A DNA stretch of 64,000 bases from Raillietiella orientalis (Eukaryota), in the NCBI GenBank assembly GCA_036172245.1, contig JAYWIR010000030.1:310001-374000 (forward strand). The letters run 5' to 3'. A program made the translations under genes and the position numbers. The number at the start of each line of letters is the position of its first letter. The first letter of the stretch is position 1. Below are positions 12,431 to 23,699 of this stretch, in pieces. Below the pieces are notes generated by a model. The model saw nothing but the letters and a program-made list of their open reading frames with translations. It was not told where the DNA came from and did not search any database.

Positions 12431-12449
12431 TGGTAAGTCGTATTACCCA
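12431..12449 (+). other. Candidate rolling-circle origin nonanucleotide TCGTATTAC
   Basis: 12438-12446 is one mismatch from TAGTATTAC and lies just upstream of the Rep promoter. Only a short TGG/CCA stem remains. Confidence 0.5.
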
Positions 12450-12699
12450 GATACTCGCTGATATCCGAAATCCGTGGGAAAGTGTAAGTAGGTATTATAC
12501 TTTTAGATGTTGATTTTGATATCTGCGCACGTGAATAGCTTTTTTTTTGTAACGCAGATGGCCGGTCGGCCATCAACTCAAGGTCTGGTGAAATCCGACC
12601 ACGTGAAAGGCTCGTGAAGTCGGACGCGCGAGTGCGCGCCAGCGAGAGTGAAAAAGGGTGGGGGGTTTGGTAAATCGTCAGTACGCTGTCGAGCGGGGA

Positions 12700-13315
12700 A
12701 GAGTAAATCCTGCGTGTGCCAGGTGTGGGGAGCGGGAGTCCCTCCCCCACTCCTAGTTGACTGCCCTGCCCTCCGGATTCTTTAAGATCGTCTTGGAACG
12801 GCCCTTGGGATACCGGCTAGTGGCAACCCCAGAGACGTTTACAGTCTTTTCTTCGTGCGGGACGCCCTGAGTCCAGCCACAGCCTTGGCAGCACTTTGCT
12901 GCCTCCGGGGCATCGTGGCGGCATGAAGTGATGCCCAGGACGAAGATGTTGATTCCAACGAGATGGAAGTCATCCCGTATGCAGTTCGCTTCATGCAGAG
13001 AGCTACCGGATGGCGCCAGCCGGGAAGAATGAAGGAGGACCTCGAGGGCATCCTGCAAAGGATGGGCCCTCCCCGTAGTGGAATGTGATCCCTTCCCGGC
13101 CTTCCAAACTCTTTTTTGTTTTCTTTTTCTCAATTTTATTTTTACTTTTGTTTTCTCCCCCATCCCCTTCCACTGCCGAGGAGAGTCACACCGGGCTGCG
13201 TCCCGGTGTCCCGGCAGGTCCGGTGTTGCGTGGCCGTTAGTGAAGCCTTGTACCATGTTTTTTTGTATTGACCAATGCGAAGTTTTAAATAAACGTCCCG
13301 GAGTATCCGGGTGTC
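12700..13315 (+). mobile_element. L1/Tx1-like LINE 3' end
   Basis: NPACARCGERESLPH, C-terminal helix region, structured 3' UTR, AATAAACGTCCCGGAGTATCCGGG terminus. Confidence 0.9.
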
Positions 13316-15570
13316 ATCTCCCGCGATGATGCAGGAGAACACCCACTTTGCCGGGAGGCAACTGCCATTGCTTTCCCACAGGGAAGAGAGCGCCGCGGCC
13401 AAAGGTGCGGCGGGATCGCGAGTCCGCGTTCCTTCACGATTCTTCTCAGGGACATTCTCTTCCCGAACCTCCGGACCGGCACGAGATCTTGCGTCTGGTG
13501 CTCGTCAGCCGTGCCCAGGTATTCACGGATGTCTCCCTCCACGAACGACATCTGAAAAGGCGGCAGGGAAAACCCAAGAAGACTCCTCTTGCATTACCTC
13601 CGGTTGCGAAAAAGCAGAGATGCGAGTCCCTCGCACCCTGACGCTCGCCTTACGGTGCGGTGAGCGGAGAGGCGACAGTGCAGGTTCCAGGCCCTCTCCA
13701 TCGGGGCGAGTCTTCGGAAGTGGAGCTGCAGTTTGATCCTCCGCAACGTCAGGAAGTCGAGTCAGGCGTCCATGAGTGGCGCAGCAATGTCCTTGAGGCG
13801 AACTGCAATGTCCCTCGTAGCCACATGGTGTCCCAAAGGGCCTTTCTTAACCGAAAGAATTAGGATTGCCGAACACCCTCACCCTTATTGCTACAAGCTG
13901 GGACAAACTGCTCCTCCTTGAGAGGTACGACAGTTGCCAACCAGCTGGGTGGGCTTCGTAGCAGCAGGACAGGGTGGGGAGTCCGCGGAAGTCAGGCTGG
14001 TTGGCTGACTCCAAGACACCCATTGTCCGTGCCAAACGATCAATTCGTTGGGCAGAGCACCTTGACATTCTGCCGTGGGCGATTGCCATCTCTCCACTCC
14101 ACCTGGACACTAAAGATTTCCGTGCAAGGGGCAGCGGCATCGTTGCACTGGGGTGAGGAGCGTCTCCCTGAACTGCCCCATCCACGGGGCGATGGGAATG
14201 CCCATGCAACACCCACTGCTGGAATGCGGCGATCTCCGGAGCGCGCATCAACGCTTCCAGGCGGTTCCACTTTGACCCATAAACACACGAAAAAGTGCTG
14301 TCTGCTGCAGTGCTGTCCTGCGTGGGACAGCCTTCTGCCTGCTTCCCTGATCTCTCAACCTTGCATTGGGTCAGGAATATCGTGGCGACTCGGAACACCA
14401 AGGGGGGGCGCCAACAGGAAAGAGCGATCGCAGGATTCGATTCCTATGAAGGATGTAGAAGAGTCCGGAATTCACCACCTCTATCGCAAGCAGGCCACTG
14501 AGGGCTCAACGGATGTGACCGGTAACCTCTATCCCTTCACTTAGTTACTGTCTCCTCCCCTACACCCTCCCTACCCTTATGAGGCCGGTTGTGTGGCGTG
14601 GGCTGCTGAAGACTTGGATTGCTTAAGGATCACAACGGACAGTGCTTCAAATATACGGGCGTCCCGTCGGGATGTTCCTCCCATGCGGTTGTCTCGGAAG
14701 GGCAGAGTCAGCACTCGGGCCTCCTTGGGTACCAGGTTCCTCTTACCGGAACGCGTCGAGGTGCGGAACATGTCAAGGACTTCCCTCTTTCCTTCATGCT
14801 GTTTGTCTGTGACCCCCAGAAATATCAAGAAGCGACCCAGGAGGCATCTTTGGGGCACGGGGGAATCGCATGTCTGCATGCAAGATTTGTGGGCTCCGCG
14901 TCGGATGGTGCCTTTCGACGCTGGAGCGGATGGAGCATCAGTTCTAATCCCGTGGACCGGTCCTGGAGGCCAGGTTCACTGGACTGGACGCACTGGTGCA
15001 CTCCTGCACGACTCATGGTCAAGAGAGTATCCAGTGCTGAGGGTTCACTTCCTCGTCCGCGGCAGCCGGATCTTGCCCCGACTCGGCTGTGGGCTCCGGC
15101 AGAAGGCTGCCTTGGTGTAGGAACACTCCTGGATCTCCTGCTTGTCCTCAAATCTCAGGGTATGGTAACAAGAAACATTTCAAACGTGGGCGAAGATGAA
15201 CGGCACGAGTCTGGAGCTCCCGCAGCGCCTGAGATACTGCGATCGCAGTCTTTGGTCGCTAGAGGGAATCGTTATCGAAAGCCTCTGGGAGAACACGCGG
15301 AACTGTCCTCTCAGTGGAAGGGGAAGGAAGATCGCCTTTGGATTCTCATGAAGGAAAAAGACATAGGGTTCTTGGGTGGTGCATCAACTTCCCGACGCTT
15401 CCACACCCGCTGCCCACCCCGAAGGACTTCTCTGCTGGACAGATATCGGAATTCCCCTGCAAAACCTCGAGATACCTAGGGTGTCCTGGGAGATCCCTTC
15501 CCCTGAGGTGGCAGGACATGTCGTTGCGGTCAGAGTAAGTAGGAGCTCCAAGAGGCATGTCAGTGAGGAT
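13316..15570. mobile_element. Mosaic of LINE ORF2 fragments in both orientations
   Basis: Minus-strand post-RT segments (about 13316-13870 and 14600-15570, including a YL.V-like thumb region) and a plus-strand C-terminus (about 13870-14580, LHWG..CN). Confidence 0.75.
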
Positions 15571-16212
15571 TGAGAGGTTGGGAGGAGAAATCTCGGTTAA
15601 GAGTCTTTTAATGAAAACAAGGAGAAGGTTCGGAGGTCAGTGAAGGAGGCTCAGCTCCAAAGGGTCGTGAGGGGACCGGAAGATTAGCGAGTTGATCCCT
15701 TTGACAGATTTGAGGTTTGCTTGCTGTGAATTCCTGCAAGTGTGGGACATAACACTGTGGGAATTGAGCAGACATCGAGAGCGTGGAGGAGCAGCTCGAG
15801 AAGAGCGAGACGGCGGAGATGGTTTCGAAACTGTTTAGCACGCTCCAGAATTTCAGTCGGAGGAGTTTGGAGGGCGTCCCGAATGGAGGGAATTGCTCGC
15901 TCAAAATCATACTCATGGAAAAGCGAATTCTCCTCTTTCGCAGGGGAACGCTCTCTCGTCTGCAACTTTGGAGCTTTTCGCCGAAAGTCTGATGGGCGCT
16001 TCGGATGCGCACAGCTCGTACGCCTGCGCGGTGCGCCTCCCCTCGGCGTGAGAGGCGGTCGCCAATCGGCGTGGCCTTTTTGTGGTAGAAAAGAAAAGCC
16101 ATCATCGCACAGGGACGGAATGGAGTGCAAAAGATCGAAGATGTGCTTTGGTTTGTTCGATTACTCTCGAGGACAGATCAAGAGGTCAACAGACCTGCTG
16201 GTGGAACTCATC

Positions 16213-17014
16213 GCCCCGGTCACGCCGGGTCGTTTACTGAAGGAACAAAAAATATAACAGACGAGCGCGGTAGGACACGTGGTCATGTCACGCTCTTCTG
16301 CATAAGGAACTGCCAATGTGCTGGTACGCAGCAGACCGGCGAGTTCCGCCTCCGCAGCAGAGAGGGAGGGAGGAAACAAAAATACAAAAAATAAAATAAA
16401 ACTCAACAGGAAAAGCCCTGCAGGGTACGGGAGGACTGAGAGGAGCGCTTGTAACGAAGGTCGACCGTGCCGCCGCAGGGGATTGGTTCGATGGAAGCTT
16501 GACGAGCGAGTCTTGCAAAGAAACCAAAAGACGGACTGGGAGTTGCCCAAAGTTGTTTCCCAGCTTCGTCCTTACAGACACGTATCGTGCGTCCGGCTCC
16601 ATTCAAAACTCCCTTTTCATGGAAGAAGATTCCAGAAAAGTAAGCTCCCGTTTACACTTTAATTTTCATTCCGAAATAGCACTTACCTCGTCTGGAGAGG
16701 AGCATTCCTGCATCTCTCAAGCAACCTAAGATCCTCGACAGAGATTCCAGCGGAGGTCGCGGTAGGAGTCCCGAACGCCACATGTCGCCAGCTCGCGCCG
16801 CTGTGGCGCCGACTTGTGCGCGCGTTGTCGCAGCAAGGCAAAGGGGACGAGACAGGAAGACAGAACAGGGGACCATCCCGTTCGCAACCCGATTCCTGCG
16901 GATCGCGTCTAAATCGACCCACGAGGGACGCCATAAGGGAGAGAGTTGCTGGCATCCAGCGAGGGATGAAGAGGACTCTGACAACGTTACGGACTGGGAT
17001 CCCTTCCCAACCCC
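16213..17014. mobile_element. LINE 3' insertion with internal inversion, flanked by CTCATC direct repeats
   Basis: Minus-strand 3' UTR ending at 16213 and plus-strand C-terminal segment at about 16700-17010; CTCATC at 16207-16212 and 17015-17020. Confidence 0.6.
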
Positions 17015-17249
17015 CTCATCCTTAAAAACGCCGAAGCGTTCTTTCCGTTTCTCTTTTTCATCCCCTTCTGGGCCAGATGAGGACCTCGTCGGTGCCTTCC
17101 CAGGATTGTTCGGTTCGGTGGGAGGAAACTCCCCACTGACTTCTGAATGCCTGTTTTCTTTTGTATAAATCAACGTGAGAATGCTCCAGAGATCGAAGCG
17201 ATGCCGATCAGAATCCCGAACGCAGACATCCCGAAAGATCACAACAAAT

Positions 17250-17560
17250 AATTATATATGCTTATATGTACATTAATACATATCCATATGATGCACAGAT
17301 TTACTTCAACGTACATGCGTATCAATATTTACTAGCATACATATTGATATTATTTTAACATATATTTTTTAACATCCATATGTATTAATACTTATGACTG
17401 CGATTAAGATATATGGAAAAGACAAAAAAATGTATATGCTTAATATATGTATTAACACATGTTTATTTATAATAAGTATATATTACATGGATATAGAGAT
17501 ATAATTACATATATCTATATCTATACTTATAGATAGATAGATATAGATAGATACATAACT
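17250..17560. repeat. AT-rich low-complexity tract ((TA)n / ATAG-rich)
   Basis: Visible TATA/ATAT/ATAG repeats, very low GC. Confidence 0.8.
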
Positions 17561-17884
17561 ATCTTTCGGTATTTTGATGGTTCGGAATTTTGAGCCAAAT
17601 ACGATTCAAGTGGTGCATAGGACGCTGGGGAAGACATCCACGTGAGGAAGGGGGTGCGAGAATCCTCCCAGTTCCCGAGGCATTTTTCACAGAGGAAGAG
17701 CCAGAGGCGGGCAAGGTACATGCATTCTCTCAAGGTGAGATTTGGAGGAGTGGAGACGAATTTGCATTCCGGAATCGGACAGCCTCCGGGGAAGCGGAAG
17801 GAAATTCGAATAAGTAGGTCTTCCTCAATCAATGAATGGGGGAATTTCACGTCGGACATTCTACAGTGACTCTCTCAAAAGGGG

Positions 17885-18103
17885 AAATGATCCCTTCCCG
17901 GCCCAACCAAGTGTTTCTTTTTTTTGTTTTCCTTTTTATTTTTATATTTGTTTTCTCCCCCATCCCCACCGCTGCCGAGGAGAGTCAAGCCGGTCCGCGC
18001 ACCGGCTTCCCAGCAGGCCCCACGATCTGTTGGCCGTAGCGGGGCCTAGTACCGCAAATGTACAGAGTTAAGGAATAAACGCCCCGGCGTAACCGCGTGG
18101 GAA
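17885..18103 (+). mobile_element. 5'-truncated LINE (3' UTR only) with 13-bp target-site duplication
   Basis: CTCTCAAAAGGGG at 17872-17884 and 18104-18116 flanks GATCCCTTCCC...AATAAACGCCCCGGCGTAACCGCGTG. Confidence 0.92.
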
Positions 18104-18999
18104 CTCTCAAAAGGGGTGATAAATTTGGGTTCCAGAACTGGAAAAGCTATTCTTCAAAACAATTTCATAGAAAATTCACATTTTTAGCCTTGGCAGCACT
18201 GAACAGAAGAGGAACGCAGAAGGGGGAATTTAGAGGAAGGGTTGAGAAGCGAAGGGAAATTACAACCTTAGTCTACAACCCACTTCCGTTAGGCTTCATC
18301 ATACACTCAGATGAAAGAAAACAAGAGGGAATGCACTCGAAGTTAATGCGGGAGGCAAAGATAAAGTGAAAACTCAGCAGGAAGTGGAGGTTTCTTTATG
18401 AACGGAAAGATGAATTTTGACCGAGGGAAAGGTTTCTGAACAGAAGCCGCCGAGATGCTTGGAGGCAAAAGGGGTGAGCAGGATATTGCGGAAAGTCCGT
18501 GCAGCACCGAAAGAAGCTGACTTGAGGTGAGTAAGGCGGAGTTAATGGGGAGAAAACGTCAAAGTCAGGCAGAATCGCCCAGGGAGGTTGCAAAATCGTT
18601 GAAGGAATAGGGACAGAACGGAATGTCCTCGTGATTTCTCAGTGCCGCCGCGGAAGGCCTGGGAAGATTCCTTTTAACTAGAGGAAAGCGAATGGCACAT
18701 TAAGATACGACGTAGGCAAAACGAAAAAATAACACCGTGGAACCGAAGGTTGAAGCTCAAACACCAACACTTCGGTGGATGTTGCAAAGAACGAAATTTA
18801 GACGCAGTAATGTACAACAAAGCCAACCACAAAATAACTACGAGATAAACGCATTTAATAAGAAGCCAATTTACATATATAATGATTTAATATATATATA
18901 TATATTGCTTGAAATTTCCTCAATAAAGTCCCGCATCAAGTAATTCTACACGCAGAGGCTTTAATATGCGATATACAAACACGAAATATGAATATTCAG

Positions 19000-21460
19000 T
19001 CAACAAAAAAGCCAATGTGTACAAACTGTCACCCTTGTTGCGTAACCATTGTGAACAAGCCACCGTACGTCACAGATTCCGTGACCACTTTTTTCAAGAG
19101 GGCAAAAAGGTGTAGGGGGGAGCCATTTTTTTGTTAGGGAAGCAACAAACACAACCCCACGCGCTCTGACAGGAGGAACGGGACAACCTGAGAGGCTTAC
19201 CTTGGCAACCCTTCCGGGTAAAAATTACACCGGCCACTACTACTGGCTCGACAAGACCAAGCTCAAAAGAGCTCAGGACTTATTTCAGCGAAGAATGCTC
19301 AACATGCCGTCTTCCCTAAGTCCTGAAGAAGAAAATGATTGGGAAGAGGCAGGTAGCGGTTAGCGCAACCTCAAGAGTCCACGTTTCCTCCGCGGCGACA
19401 AAGCACTTCAGCTCCAGCACGGACAACTCTTTCTCGCGGTCACAAGCAAATGATTCTTTCCCCCAACATAAACAAATCGCCGGTAACGCAAGTCACATCA
19501 ACCGAGAGAGGAGAAGATACGCGTCCGCCTCAGCGGGGACCCAAGCGCCTTCGTGGTGTCTCCAACGTCACCGTACCCTCGCAACCGAACGAGCGCCCCA
19601 GCATTTCGTGCGCAGACAGACAGGCACCAATAGCGCGTCGAGTTCTCGACCCGTTCAAGGCTAACATCCTAAACTGGAGCTGCAGCTCCATCTTCTTTGG
19701 AGAGAGGATACGGGTGGCGAGGTGTTTCGAGGCGACCTTGCAGTGTGCCCCGCAGTGCTTGCTCGGGAGGTCCTTGTGGAAAGACCCCCACTGTCTTGCG
19801 CTCCGCCTCGTGCGGAAGGAAGAAGCCCTCGAAGGAAGGAAGAGGAAGGCAACGAAGACCTGCCAAGAGGAACTCGCAATCTTGCAACGGAGGCAGCGCC
19901 ATCTCCGCCTCCGGGGTGCCTTTGGCAGCAAACGGAGACCTCCGGATCGCTAACTTTGGACTCTGAGGAGTCGGATTCCGTTGCTTCCAGAGGCCGTGCT
20001 CCATCCATCGGGAAAAAGCGCGAAGCCGCGGAGACAATCGAGCAAGAAGAGGACATAAGTGGCATCGCACTACACCTACAAGGAGGGTTGTAGCAGAGAG
20101 CGCCATCTGAGAGGCATAGGCAGGAGTCCACGGACGATCATCTGCCTGCACTTGCTGTGTTTCGACCGCCATTGACTGACAAGGGTCCTTCCTCGTCATG
20201 TTCCCATCCATAACCCGCAGCCGCGTCTCCTGTTGTCGCTTCTGCGCCTCCTGTTGGAACGCCAACGGGCTGCACGACGACAAGAGGCGCGTGGTGGTGG
20301 AAACCTTGCGCTCTTTCCACCTCGCTCTGCTTCAGGAGCGCACCAGAACTCCCAGCAGGAAGTCTTGATGATTCAAGAGAGGTGAAGGAATGGGGGGTAA
20401 GAGGAGCTGCAATGGCGGAAAGGGACGGCACACTTGCGCGGATTGACCTCCTTTGTAAAGCAGTCCTTGAAGTGTGCCGTGCACAGGGCGCGTTTCGACG
20501 AGAAGATCCAGTGGGGCAGCTTCTTCTGAAGTGGTCCAACTCGATCCGAATCGTCGTCGCAAACATCTCCGCGCCTGACTGCAGGCTACTCCACAGCTCC
20601 AGGATGCAGTTTTTCCGCGACCTCGGTAGCCGGTGGCTAAATTCCGCGAGCACCAGCGTGGCTCACTTGGTAGCGGACGACTTCAACGTCCCGCCAGCAG
20701 CGAAGGACTGCTCTCGCTGCTGCCGGGCACCTATTACAGGATGCGAGGATTTGCTTTTCCCTCAGGCAGCTCGCCTCTCTAGTGGAAGCTCACCCGTTGA
20801 TCTCCTGCCGCCCGACGAACTTCAATACTTGATGGCAGAAGGCTGTTGAGTCCTGGGCTGCGTTCCAGGAAATGCGCGCTGAAGATCTTTACTCCCTGTG
20901 GAATCTGTCGCCACGGCCGCTGAAAGTGATGATGCAGGACGCGGGAAATTTTTCGACTCTGGCTGCCACACCTCTCACCGCAGCTTTGTCTGCCCTCAGG
21001 GCAAGAGATGACGGCAGCCTACCGGCGAGGTGGGAGTTTTCCTGCAGCATCACGGGAAAAAACAGACTCCTCGGCTGCTGGAAGACGGGCGAGCTGACGG
21101 ATGCTGCCACTGCGCGTGCATTGGCAAAGGGACTCCTTCGGTGGAGAGAATTTTTGAGTCTTGTCCCCGAAGAACTTGTGGTCCCTCCCCATTGTTATGG
21201 CACTTCAGTGTTCCCCATCTCCTGCATACAGGCCGCACTGCTCTTCCTCCACTGGAGATTCCAGTGCAATGAGCGGCTGCACCGAGTTTACACGGGGACT
21301 GCATCCCCGAACTGTGCGAGGTGCAGGTCGACGGAGTCGATCCCGCCGCGCCTGCTTTTGGACTGCGGCGCCTTCCAAGAACTATGGCGGAGGCTGGCGT
21401 AAGCTCTCCCGCTCCAGCACACCATTCGCGACCCAGTGAGACGGTTCTTCGTTCGGAGAG
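19000..21460 (+). mobile_element. LINE remnants: ORF1 end, APE endonuclease domain, then a C-terminal fragment
   Basis: KPMCTNCH (knuckle), NILNWSCSSI, IVVANISAP..RMQFF..LVADDFNV (endonuclease motifs); 20870-21400 reads WKTGELTDAAT..LHWRFQCN..PNCARC. Confidence 0.75.
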
Positions 21461-21465
21461 GTTTT

Positions 21466-23660
21466 TCATCCGGGTGAGCCGGGGCTTTTATTATTAAAAT
21501 TTTTTACAATAAAAAAATTCTATAATAAAGTCTTCTTTTTGTTGTCACTGTGTTGTTTGTTTTTCAGCCGGAACACATGTTCCGACTGTCCTGGGGGCAC
21601 TTGTCCTTACCGACCCTCAGGCAGGTAAGGTCCTCTACACGGGCGCAGGGGCGGGAAAAACAAAAAATAAACAAAAAAAACAAAAACGCCTGGGGGGGAC
21701 AATGTTTTTGGGAGGGGAGGAGAGGGAGGGGATTACGGTACGCCGTGGGGAGGTCTCTGCATCCGGTTTCGGATGCGAACAAGTGCCGGCAAATGTTTTC
21801 GGAGTCGGCGCCAACGGGAAGCCTTCTTCAAGGAGATGGCAGCCCAGTGGATGGCATTCCGACTGCTGTGACCTCTCCTTGATGCGGTCCACTTATCCAG
21901 GATTCCGTGTATGCAACAGAGCACTGCTACACACCCGGAGGCTAGCATGGCGTCCCTCATCAGGAGGCGTCGAAAAATGTTCTTGGGATCGCCCACCGGA
22001 ATGTTTAGGATCGAGGAGAGTCGATCCCACATGAGGGGTAGGGCAATGCATATTACATATTAAGTGGGGGAAGGTCTCCCTTTCCCTGCACTCCGCGCAA
22101 TTGGCATCCACACTCCCCGATGTCCAGTGAGACAGGAGTGCTCTGCTTAAAAGTCCCCAATGGAGCAGAAGCAACGCCGTCTCCTGCCACTGCAGGGGGA
22201 GGGTGCCGTTGTCCCAAGACGCTGGGGGCCACTTCACCTCCTCCAGAGGCATGTCGAGCAGCTCTCCCCAGCACACAAATCCATAAGGCGGGACACTCGG
22301 GGTCGCAGCGTCCGTGCTCCCAATGCCTGTAACAGTTTTTTCCTGCCTCCGATGAGGCAGAACACTTCCCATAATACCTATTCCTGGCTGTCCCTAGCGT
22401 GCCGTAGGGAGGGCAGCACGGAATCAAGGGGGGTAAACGAAGTCCACAAAAGTTTTCGTGGGTTCGAAACGATCTCCTGTAGGGGCTGTCCAGCGTGCCT
22501 GTCTCTACGGAGGCAGGAGTAGTCCGAGTCGCTGGAGGCGTTGATCTTAGCCCACGCGGAAACTGACTCCTGTAGCCGGGTAGTCCAGTTCGCGGGGACG
22601 CAGGAGATCCACGTATTCGCACTCACCAGGGCAACCGCATCAAGCAGCTGAAAACCACAATGGTTCAGACTGCGGGCGTCGGCCTCAAGGATCGATGTGA
22701 ATCCATTTCAGCTGGTCTCTCCGCTGGCGAGCAGGAGTGAAGGAACGAACCATGGCGTCGTCCATAATATCGCCGCAAGGGCAAGATTGCGGATTCATAG
22801 CTGCCGCTCCATGCGCTCCAGCGTCAAGAGGCCTAGTTCCCCGTCCCTGTGTGGGGCGCACAAGTCTTTGAGTCGGACGCGGGACATCCGTGTACCCCAC
22901 AGGGCTTTTCTCAGGAGGTCCTTTGTCCTAGTCTCTATTTGAGTTGGAACAGGGCAAACAAAAAGTAGGATGCGAAAGCGTTCCACACCGCGGTCCGTTC
23001 CGGCAAGTAAACCTTGCCGTCACGGAACGGACCGATCTCCAGCTCCACCTTTTGGAGACGATCGGACCAGGCTTCTGCAGCGCAGAAGTCTCCAACGGAA
23101 CGCCAAGGTACTTTAATTACCCGCGCGTGGGGATCCCCGAGCGGATCCAGTCCGGCCGTCCAGCCCACGTTGTGTCAACTTGGAGGATTGATGACTTTGC
23201 CCCGTTAACCTCCAGTTCCGTCCCTTGGCTGAGCAGTTCGAAGAACTCCTCGAGTGCAGAAGCCGAAGTGGGTCCGGGGAGCAGCAGCAGAAGATATAGG
23301 CATAGGCGTCTGCATAGGCCGACACGGCATGCATGCCGGGACATGAGCTCGGCAGGGTTGCCAGAGTCTCTCTGTATGCTCTCAGCACCAATTCAAAATA
23401 GATGCTAAAGAGCAGGGGGTTGAGGCTGTCACCCTGCCTTATGCCGCGTCGAACCGGCACGCCGTACACGTGCCGGCCGCTGAAAAAAATGTTTATATAC
23501 GCGAAGCGCCAGCAGGAGCGCAGATAACCCAGGAACACGGTCCGAAAATCCATGCTTTCCAGGGGCTCCAGAAGGAGTGCCTTGTTGACGAAATCGAAAG
23601 CTTTACGCAAATCGACTGCGACTTGCTCCAGACGCGTGCGATCCTTCTCGGTCAATCTCC
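21466..23660 (-). mobile_element. L1/Tx1-like LINE ORF2 (RT to 3' end), decayed
   Basis: AVDLRKAFDFV, RRGIRQGDSLNPLLF, AYADAY, CAPHRDGELGL, ANCAECRERETFPH; terminal hairpin at about 21468-21492. Confidence 0.92.
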
Positions 23661-23699
23661 TGTATTGTTCCAATCTTAGTGTATGCACAGGCGACGAGT

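Noticed and set aside
13173..13230. Canonical HDV-like ribozyme in the LINE 3' UTR
   Set aside because: No P4 or J4/2 catalytic C, the P3-equivalent stem is too long, and retrotransposon HDV ribozymes are normally 5'. Reported only as an unknown structure.
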